This document shows positions 1-9,014 of a stretch of DNA of 64,000 nucleotides, in pieces. The position numbers and the translations under genes were made by a program. Position 1 is the first letter of the stretch; every line of letters starts with the position of its first letter. The DNA lies in assembly GCA_043228905.1 (NCBI GenBank), contig JBHGNT010000016.1:8680001-8744000 (forward strand), read 5' to 3'. The notes below the pieces were generated by a model. That model saw only the letters and a list, made by a program, of their open reading frames with translations, made no database searches and was not told the DNA's origin. The stretch comes from Azolla caroliniana. Lineage: Eukaryota; Plantae; Polypodiophyta.

Positions 1-865
1 CAATTCAACTTAGCGTACTAACGAAACCAATGAGGACAATCCTGATGAAAGAGCTAATCCTGAGTAGACGGCTTTACCAGACTTATTATTCAATTGAATG
101 GTTATGGCTTATTGTAAATTTTGAACAATATGAATTGTTAAATTTTGACGTAATATATAAGTTGAGCTTACTTATAATTTTCGTGTAACAATCATTGAAC
201 TTAGAAATTAAGTATACTTGTATGTGTACATGTTATCTAAACTCTCCTTTATCATTTGGGGTATATCGGAGATAAGTTTATACTCTATCATTTACTCGTA
301 TGATTGGAATGTTATTGTAGACTAGTTTATTTATACATTGACAGTGTCATGTATCATGTGTCAATGGAAATTTTCTCTTGACATAGTAGTATCTCTTAAT
401 TGCAAGGTTCACAATTTTCTTTAAGATGTATTATATTTAAATATACACACATAATTAGAAGAAGTAACTTATTCAATGGGGCATGCTTTTTAGAATATGC
501 ACAAAGACCCGTGTTACTATTATACTTGTGTTGACAAATACACCCCTGTCTAAGATTTGGACAAAAACATGGTAGATAGAATATACGTCGGATGATTTTG
601 TTGACGTGATATTAGTTAGTTCTTTTTTTCGCTATGTTTTCATAAACCACATACACATGCGTCGTGCCTTGTTGAAATTCTGCTTAAATAAGGCATTTTT
701 TAACATCTCACTAAGATATGAAAAAGAGAATGCGACATATTACCTGTTTCAAATGACCCGGTGTTTAGGGCAAGTGACCTTTATACTATTTACAAAACTA
801 GCCTGGTATGACCATGAGCTAGTGTGAAACCTATTACTATGGGAAGTTGTGTTCGACTCTCAACA
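1..865. mobile_element. Possible LTR-element terminus or insertion interrupting the copia A integrase
   Basis: Copia A integrase homology (…VRSMLAHAKL) stops abruptly at 866. The adjacent sequence ends CTCTCAACA (861-865 CAACA; TGTTGAGAG on minus). The other end and TSD would lie outside the window; the sequence is AT-rich and noncoding. Confidence 0.35.
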
Positions 866-1877
866 AGTAACTTAGCATGTGCAAGCATACTTCGGACCCT
901 TTCCATTACAGTCTAGTTCATTCTGTCGGCCAACCCATTACAGCATACTCAAGCCGGATTCCTTGATTTCGGCAATATTCCTTGAACGGTCCACAGTACT
1001 CTCCACCATTGTCCCCTCGGACTACCTTCAATTTTCGGTTGGTTTCTCTCTCAGCCCTCGCTTGGAACTCTTTGAAGACGGATAACACTTGGTCCTTCGT
1101 CTTCAGCACGGAAACCCACAACTTCCGGCTATAGTCATCCATGAAGGTCATGAAATACTGTGAACCATCATGCGACTTCGTGTCCACATAGCATATGTCT
1201 GTATGCACGAGTTCCAACAACATTTTCTTCCTCATCGGGGGCCTTGCTCGGAAGGATGTTTGATTCTGCTTTCCGGCCAAGCAATCCGTACAGTTCTCTA
1301 GTTGCACATTCTTCACCTCAGGAATGAGGTTGTCCTCGGCAAGCTTTCGCATCCCTTTTTGGCTCATATGGCACAACCTCTTGGGCCACAGTTCACTGAC
1401 CATATTGGTTGCCACGTTTGCTTCCCCTCAGCATATTCGAGCATTCATTATGTACAATGTGTTGGTTTTCTAGGCTCGAGCCACGATCAGGATTCCTCAG
1501 CAGAACTTCATGAGACTGTTTCGGATGCTACTCGTGTAGCCTTCATCATCTAGCCGACCGGCTGATATTAAGTTCAATTGGACCTCTGGAACGTGTTGTA
1601 CATCTCTCAACACAAGTTTGCATCCCGTTGAAGTTTCCAAATGCACATCTCCAATAGAGACAATTCGGCATGCTCCTTCATTTCCCATCTTTACAGATCC
1701 GAGATCTCTAGCTTTGTAGGATGAGAAGCACTTTTGGCCAGGGGTTAGGTGAAACGACCCACCCGAATCGACTACCCATGTCGATTCTTCGCCTGCGAGA
1801 TTCACTTCGTTTTGCTCACTTATAAGCAACAACTCCTCCTCACTCGCGGTGATTGTTGAGGTGTTCTTCCTATCCGG
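866..1877 (-). pseudogene. Copia A protease / GAG-pre-integrase / integrase fragment
   Basis: ORFs 1497-1832 (DSGGSFH) and 918-1415 (LWPKRLCH..CTDC, DNGGEY). Frameshifts, plus a small deletion near 940 relative to copia F. Confidence 0.9.
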
Positions 1878-2439
1878 TGTCGTGAAGAAAACCGGCCATA
1901 GGCGGAATGGGAGAGAAAGCGCATAAACCGGCTCTTACACGGATGGACGCGTGACTTGACATTTTGTACCCGATTCATAAATGGATCGCTGGATGTAAAT
2001 ACTAAGCAACACACATTTATTAGGGGATTGTGCGTATCTCTGTCAGGGGGGGACAGGGAATAAAGAGAATTGAAAGGAGAAGAAGGAGGGAAAAAAGGGA
2101 GGGGATCGGGCGCTAAGGGAGAGGGGGGGTGCTGCTGCAGATCGGAGTGTCGAGCTCTCTCTTCTCCTCCGGTCGTTGGTCTCTGCTTCATGGACAGCCC
2201 CTGCGCTTCCAGCAGAGGCTCTCCCCCTTTGTTTTGTTTCTGAGAGTCGAGCGAGTGTTGTCTGTGTGTGTGAGTAGGATCCCCGTGTCGGGTCCATCGC
2301 CGCCTTGTCGGTTGTAACCGTCAGAGCCGTATTCTCTTGTTCCTATAATCTCTTGTTCTTGTAATCTCTTGTTATTGTAGTCTCTCGTTACTGAAATCAA
2401 GTGTTACGTTCCATATCTCGCCTTCTCGCTCCGCGTGTC

Positions 2440-2482
<43 letters not shown>

Positions 2483-2544
2483 CCTCGGTTCAAGACCCCC
2501 GTGGTCCCACCGCTTTCTACACACACGCGCGTAACAACGCGACA
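1878..2544 (+). repeat. 5' LTR of gypsy B (667 bp)
   Basis: TGTCGTG...CGCGACA; 2051-2544 aligns to 17677-18205; contains (CT)n at about 2447-2479. Confidence 0.9.
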
Positions 2545-3114
2545 CCGGGATTTTCTTCAGCTCTACACCATCAGCTTCCCCTTTCTCCTTTCAAAAGTGT
2601 CAGCAATTTTTCTGGAAGTGCCCCGGTTTTCCACAATAGAAGCACTTGGGTCTCCCCATCGACTTTGACCTGGTCCCCGACTTATCTCGATTCTAAGGAC
2701 TTCGATTTCGGCCTCTTCCCCAAATCGTGTCACCTTCCTTGACTAAGGCCTTTTGGTCGGTATTGGACTCACAGTCCTTCCGGTGAGCTTCTTCATTCAG
2801 CAAGCTCAACTTCACCTACTCTAGGGATAGATGCTTCCCTTTCAGCCCGGCATTTCCCAAAGTGACAACGAGCATCTCCTAGTTGTCTGAAAGGGATCCC
2901 AGCAACATTGATGCTAATACCTCGTCAGCCAGAGGTACTTCTAGAGAGGTGGTTTGGTTCATCAATCCTTGGAAGCCATTGATGTGCTCTACCATACTGG
3001 AGCCATCATGATACCGGAGCCTCACGATTTTTCGAAATACTGAGACTAGGTTCACGACGTTCTTGTTTTCAAACATGACGTTGATCTTCTTCCATAGGAC
3101 GTTTTCTTCTGTTT
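2545..3114 (-). pseudogene. Duplicated copia A gag segment (copy of 18206-18701)
   Basis: Near-identical to 18206-18701 (VLWKKINVMFENKNVVNLVSVFRKIVRL…); sits where the PBS and 5' gag of B should be. Confidence 0.92.
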
Positions 3115-4795
3115 GACAAGTAGGTGCTCGAAACAAGTCGAGTACTACTGTTTGTCAAGTCGGTGGACGTGCTCGACAGGGAAAAGGTGGGTCCCCTATT
3201 GGAAACGAACGAAGGGCTCACGGTAGACTGGGCCGTGGTAAAACGGGTCTGCAGCCGTTTCGACAAAAGGCGCGATTGGAGCAACGGAAGCTCGTCGGGG
3301 TCGGGGCCGGTCCCAGGGAGGAGGCTCGAGGAGCCAGTATCGGTGTCGGCCCGTAGGAAGGAAGAGACCCGAATCTGGCCAGACTCGGGGGCGGCATCGA
3401 ACGACGCGGTCAAACGCCCATCCGGAGGAGCTGACGTAGATGGTGCGCGACCTGCAGATCGCATAGGCCCGGAGAGACAGCGGCAAACAACCTCGCGACC
3501 GGAGGCCGCTGGCTGGGCAGCGGTGCATGTGGTGTGACGCGATCGGCCACATTCGAAAGGATTGCGCGGATTTCGCCGACGCGCTCAGGACCAACGTGGT
3601 GTACCTCTAGAACGGGCAGGTGCACGCTAGCGAGACCCGGAGAGCCCTAGAACTGAATACAGGGCGTGGCGGAATGAAGAGGTTGATGGAAGAGGCCGCG
3701 GCACGGCACGTCGAAGCCGTCAACTACTCGGTGTCGGCGGGAATTTGGGTCGGGGGTGATGAGACCCGGAAGGCGAAGGACTCCGGATTCTGACCGCTAG
3801 TGCTAGAAGGCCTCTCCGGAGTTCGGCTGAAGAAGGAAGAGGCGGACCGCGCGGAACAGCGGGTCTAGGAGGTCACCGGTTGGGACGATCCGGTCGAAGA
3901 GAAAACGGGCTTCATAGAAGCCGCTTGCCAGAACTATGAGGTTCTGGTGGAGGACAAACGGACAGGAAAGGCTGGAGGGGTCGGGCCCCCACAGAGGTAT
4001 GAGACCCGGTTCGGACCGAAACCGACCGGTGCCGGCAACCCAGGTGCGCCGGACGGGAAGAAGCAGGCGGGATTTCGCTTGAGCACTGAGATCGAAAGAA
4101 CCACAGACCTGCGAAAGGTCCTGGAGGAACGTATCCTCGACAGCAAAGTGGAGCCGTCATTGCGGGAGGTGTTGGGAATCGCCAAGAGGGAGTACCACGA
4201 CTCTATCGTAGACTTGGTGAAGCGGAAAAGGCTCTCAACGGAGCCGGAACCGGAGAAGCCGGTGGAGGTGCGGACCACGCACCTGGAAGACGAAGCCCTA
4301 GAAGACGAGCTGGCGGGAAGCCACTACACGAAGCCGCATTGGGCCAGGGCAACGATGGAAACCCCTGTACGGATCGGCAACGTTCTGGAACCGGTGGTGG
4401 CGTTGGTAGACCATGGATCCGAGATCAACCTGATGTCCATGGATTTCTACAAGAAGGGTAAATGGCCGATCAACACCAAGCACGGCTGGAAGATACGGGC
4501 AGCGACATGCGCCACGAAAGAACTACATGGGGCCTATCCGAACGTACGGGTGAAGATCGGCGATGTCGAGATCGACCAGCACTTCTTCGTACAGGAGACG
4601 TCCTCGCATCCGGTTATACTAGGAGAACCGTATATCACGACGGCATGGATGGAGACCAAGGTGCTGGACAACGGTTCAGCCTATCCAAGAGTCAAGAGCC
4701 AGGACGGGCGTCACTCGGTCCAGTTCCTAACGGTGCGTCCAAACCATTAGCGTAACCGCGAAACCCTCAGCGGCGAAACCCGAGGGGATTTTTAG
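3115..4795 (+). pseudogene. Gypsy B gag-protease (5'-truncated, disabled)
   Basis: LLFVKSVD..LTVDWAVVKRVC, knuckle CMWCDAIGHIRKDC (about 3524-3565), protease VALVDHGSEINLM..VILGEPY; internal stops. Confidence 0.85.
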
Positions 4796-4829
4796 AGAGG
4801 GCTATCAAGGCGTGGGGCCGCGATAGTCC
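4786..4829 (+). promoter_or_regulatory. Putative -1 programmed ribosomal frameshift signal
   Basis: G GAT TTT (4786-4792) directly before the in-frame TAG; 6-nt spacer; stem GGGCTATC (4799-4806) / GATAGTCC (4822-4829); the -1 frame is open from 4792 into RT. Confidence 0.75.
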
Positions 4830-5642
4830 GGACACCCGGAAAGAACCCCACAAATGTACAGTACGGAAGAAGACCTATACCATAGGTAGGAAATTTTGGT
4901 TCTCCGACAACGGAGGTTGTACTATGACCGGCGTCAGCGGCTGGGAGAGGAAGCGAGCGGAGGAGCGGCTCAGGGGATGCGGAGTCCTCTTCCCCGACGA
5001 AGACATCAACGGCGCCGTGGAGGCGATCTCTTTTGATGACACCTTGGGCGAACTGCGAAAGGTGATCGGTGAAGACCTTAGAGAAGACCGAACCGTTCCG
5101 GTAGAGTCAATGGGAATGTACGAAGTCATCGCGGACTTCGGGGAAAGGATCGGGTCGGATCAAATGGCCCGCGTGGATACAAAGTACAAGACTGTGGACC
5201 GGAAGGTGAGGCCAGTCGCGGCACCCTTGCCGGAGGGCAGCGAGAAGCGGATAAAAGGGGTCGCGTCGGACCCAAGTTTACGGAATCCAGCTGGCATAGG
5301 GCACCGGTTCACCAACATAACGCTACGGGAGCTCAAGATCGGTGGGGGCGACTTTCTACTTCCGGCGGAGGAGGACCGTTTTCGGAGAATGCTCGGGAGG
5401 CACGGGAAGGCTTTCGCATTCTCACCGGAGGAGATCGGGTACGTGGACCCGACAGTTGTCGAACCGATGGTGATCTTCACGGTACCGCATGTATCGTGGA
5501 ACCTCAAGCCGATTCCGGTGCCGAGATCTCACATCCCGAAGTTGATGGAGCTCCTGAAGCAAAAGGTGGAGATGGGCATCCTCGAACCGTCGAGTGCCCC
5601 GTATTCGAATCGGTGGTTTACGGTGCCGAAGAAGAACGGCAC
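4792..5642 (+). pseudogene. Gypsy B pol, N-terminal part (up to the C insertion)
   Basis: YKTVDRKVRPV, ILEPSSAPYSNRWFTVPKKNG; rejoins 15046 as PKKNGTMRFIQDLQ after removing C and one GGCAC. Confidence 0.88.
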
Positions 5643-6098
5643 TGTTAATCGGCTAATTACTAACTACTACCGATACAGAAGAGTGAACGTCGCTACTGAA
5701 CGTTCTAACAAGGAATTGTGTTTTACGAACGGAAATATACTATATTAATCGGTAATTACCGTGATCGTTACTTAGTTATAAATTAGGAAGATTGCACTTA
5801 ACAACATAGACAATAGAAAGAACACAGAATCCGTACATGATATTCCTAACTTAAACTTATATTACTAAATAAACGACCTTTCTTACAATGCCTTCGGTTC
5901 CCTTTTATAGGTATACCGAAGGTCTTTTCTCATCAAGAACTATTCCTACTTACTATCAAGAATTACAAAATTATCTAACTAACTTAGTTCTCTTCGTTCA
6001 CTGCTGAGTCATTGATCCGAACAGTCGATCCGAACCGACTCCGTTTTCGACGCTTTCCCACTTGTTCGGTAAAACTGACTGTCCGGGTCCGGGTAACA
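5643..6098 (-). repeat. 3' LTR of gypsy C
   Basis: Direct repeat of 14585-15040; TATA-like CCTATAAAAGGG on minus at about 5900-5911 fixes the orientation. Confidence 0.96.
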
Positions 6099-6142
6099 CT
6101 TGGCACGTCCGTGGGCCAGGACCTTGTCCAGCGAACCCACGC
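6099..6142 (-). other. 44-nt 3' UTR of C: GC-rich hairpin plus tRNA-like tail in place of a PPT
   Basis: Minus strand: GCGTGGGTTCGCTGGACAAGGTCCTGGCCCACGGACGTGCCA-AG|TGTTAC. CGTGGGTT pairs with GGCCCACG and GGAC with GTCC; no purine tract. Confidence 0.7.
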
Positions 6143-8611
6143 CTATTCCTGTATCTCTTCATCCGAATCGTTCAGAATATCAAAAATCGAAGGCTCTTCT
6201 GGCCTTGGATGTATTCCATCTATATCTTCCTCTTCATCTTCCTCTTCATCTGTGTCACAGTCGTCATTCGGAGCAGGTTTTGAATGTTGTGATTCGGTTG
6301 GCTGCTCTGGTTCACTTTTTCCGGAAGCTTGAAGACCAGGAGTCTTGCTGGTTCTTTCGGCTTCGATTTTATCCAACTGGACGGAAGTGCCTATATCATT
6401 TTTGTCGAATTCTTGCATAATACGTTGAATTTCTTCTCTGTAAAATGCCGCAATTTCGTCCATATCTTTCATGATATCCTCTTGGATATTGTCAATATCC
6501 TTTTGTGCCATTTTAAAAAAACCTGCACCTTGGACCTGACGGTTATTTTTGTCGGCACGCAATAACTGTAATTCTGCCGCTTGTGCCGTCCATAACTTCC
6601 ATCCTTGCGCAAGGGATTCATCGATCATTTTCTTTGCTAGGTTTCGATGTTTCCCTATGATGTGCTGCACTTTGTCCTTAGTGATGCTTGCGACGAATTG
6701 AGCGGTTTGCAACTCTTTCCGTAAATCCGTAATAGTGGCTCGGTTTTCACTTTCAGCCCGCATTAGTTTGGATTCGACTACATATATGTCCAACCGCCTT
6801 TGTTCCGATATCTTCCGAATTTCGTTCAGTTGTTGTTCGAATGCCGATTTCTCTTTGCTCCATTCCTCCTGGTGTTCCGTAATTCTTCTGTTGACTTCTT
6901 CAAGACTCCGCTCCTTTTCTGTCAATTGACTTTCCTGTGACACTATATACCTTTCGAATTCCTCAATTTGTTCGGTATATGTATGATTGGCCGTCTTAGC
7001 TTCTTCCAGATTTTTCTGTAATTCGTTTATTAATTGATTTTTTTCTTCGAGAACTTTGTATTGTCCATTCTGAATGGTTTCTATTTGTTTTTCTAATTCT
7101 GTAGTTCGAAATACAGCATTGTTGGTCCTTGTTGTTTCTGCTTGACGTGCTTTCTCAGCATCCTCCAATTTCTGCTGCCATTCTGACTCCGACGCCATAG
7201 GTCGTGCCTGTGTTTCCCATTTGTTTAGACTTTCTTTTAGTTCTTTATTTTCTGTCTGTATGTTACAAAACTGACGTTTCAGCACCTCCGCCGATGCTGA
7301 TACACTTTTGTATCTTTCAGCCATATCACTGGCTGCTTTGCGTGCCGTTTCATATTCTCTATGAATTTCGACCAGTGCTTCATGTAATGGTGGCATTTCA
7401 ATAGCCTCCCCTCTATTCTGTGCATTTCTTTTCCGGCCGATTTTCTCTATCTCTGCTTTTTCTTGAGGTTCCAACACTCCTCGTAAGGCCTTCTGTATCA
7501 TTATTCGGTCATTATGTTCTTGAGCCAGCCGTTCTAATACTTCTGTCAATCTTCTAGCCAACCATTCAACCAGTTCGTATGAAGTTCCGAACTGTAAAAT
7601 GGCAGCTAATTCATGTGCTGCTGGTGGAATATCCAAGCACCCATGTGCTTCCCGAATTGCTACTTTTGAAGATTGTCCTTGTTGAAGTTGTGTCGAAACG
7701 CTCTCATTCCTTGGTTTTATTACTTCTGCTACTACAGGCGTATTCGAATTTTCCTTTGTGCGTTGCCTTTTCGGTGCTGACCCATCACTATTTTCTGGTT
7801 GGAATTGCCGATTAGCCTTTTGTTTAACCCTTGTCCTTTGTCGCATCTTCTCTGCTTGTTGTCGATTTTCTGTCGACTGTTGCTTGTTTATCAAATGGTC
7901 AACTGTTTCTTGTTCGGCTGCTGGTTGCCTGTTTTCGGAATTCTCTGGTCTTGGTGGTTCCGACTGAGGCATATCCGTTTGTATATTATCGGCATGTGCC
8001 GATTCTTCCTCTATCCATTCTTCATGTGCTACCTGTCGGTGTCTTCGAGGTGCTTGTACTATCGGTGGTCTTCTTGACTGAACAGGAGTTTCTGATTCTT
8101 GAATCGGAAACAATACCGATAGCCAACGACCAAAAATTTGCTTCATTGGTTTTCCTGTTTTTACCCCTTGTAGCTGCTCTCTCAGAGCTTCCCCCGACAA
8201 TAGTGGCCAGTTGAAATCCTCTTTTTTGTATGCGGCTATGATAAACCCAGCCCTTTTTTTCGGCATACAATAAAAACGGGGACTGACAAATCCCACCTCT
8301 AGTAAAAATCTAGCCACTTCATGGAAAAACTCATCCCGACCTCCATAAGTCTGATATGCTTTTGCCGAGGGTGAGTATTCCCTGAAATACGATTGGAGTG
8401 CTTCTGATGAAGGTTTTTTAACTGCCTCAAAGCCTCCTCTTGGCATCTGTAATGCATTTCGTATTTTCTTTGTGGTGACCTTGGTGATGTCTAATTGTTG
8501 TACCAATTCTTCCGCCTGCAGATGAGGTTCCGCTTCTGCTACTTTGATGAAACCTTGTAAGTTTCTCTCATGAAGCCACAGTCGCAGTTCTTCAGACACA
8601 GGAATCGGCAT
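6143..8611 (-). CDS. Gypsy C additional ORF3 (env position): 822-aa protein with long coiled coil and acidic tail, function unknown
   Basis: Uninterrupted ORF (track 6143-8890; likely ATG 8611, MPIPVSEEL). Globular-looking N-terminus, Q/E-rich linker, heptad-rich region, DEEEDEEED tail; no obvious transmembrane segment. Confidence 0.85.
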   Translation of the reverse strand: MPIPVSEELRLWLHERNLQGFIKVAEAEPHLQAEELVQQLDITKVTTKKIRNALQMPRGGFEAVKKPSSEALQSYFREYSPSAKAYQTYGGRDEFFHEVARFLLEVGFVSPRFYCMPKKRAGFIIAAYKKEDFNWPLLSGEALREQLQGVKTGKPMKQIFGRWLSVLFPIQESETPVQSRRPPIVQAPRRHRQVAHEEWIEEESAHADNIQTDMPQSEPPRPENSENRQPAAEQETVDHLINKQQSTENRQQAEKMRQRTRVKQKANRQFQPENSDGSAPKRQRTKENSNTPVVAEVIKPRNESVSTQLQQGQSSKVAIREAHGCLDIPPAAHELAAILQFGTSYELVEWLARRLTEVLERLAQEHNDRIMIQKALRGVLEPQEKAEIEKIGRKRNAQNRGEAIEMPPLHEALVEIHREYETARKAASDMAERYKSVSASAEVLKRQFCNIQTENKELKESLNKWETQARPMASESEWQQKLEDAEKARQAETTRTNNAVFRTTELEKQIETIQNGQYKVLEEKNQLINELQKNLEEAKTANHTYTEQIEEFERYIVSQESQLTEKERSLEEVNRRITEHQEEWSKEKSAFEQQLNEIRKISEQRRLDIYVVESKLMRAESENRATITDLRKELQTAQFVASITKDKVQHIIGKHRNLAKKMIDESLAQGWKLWTAQAAELQLLRADKNNRQVQGAGFFKMAQKDIDNIQEDIMKDMDEIAAFYREEIQRIMQEFDKNDIGTSVQLDKIEAERTSKTPGLQASGKSEPEQPTESQHSKPAPNDDCDTDEEEDEEEDIDGIHPRPEEPSIFDILNDSDEEIQE

Positions 8612-9014
8612 GACTTCTGTGTTTGCTTGTTCTGAATCACTTGTCGATGACGGTTGGAGATCTGCACAGCTTCTGTAGCGATGAAAAACAGAAAAACAGA
8701 GTTTGGGCGAGCTAGGGCACGAAGGCTCAGAATGTTTCGAGATCTGCACTCGTTTCTGTTGCTTTGGCGACACAGAAGATACAGAAATATGCTTTAAAGA
8801 TATTAACTTATGCATTATGACTAAAGAATAGTAATTGCTATTAATGTAGGAATTAATTAGTATTAACTCTACGTGTAGTGGTTGTACCACTTACTAATAA
8901 TCATGCAATTCCTCTTCCTATTTATAGTCGATTCAGACTGTTATGGCAAGATTCTATTTCTGCATTGACAAGAACTATTGAGTGAGTTAGTTAGTTTTTT
9001 TTTTTTTTTTTTTT

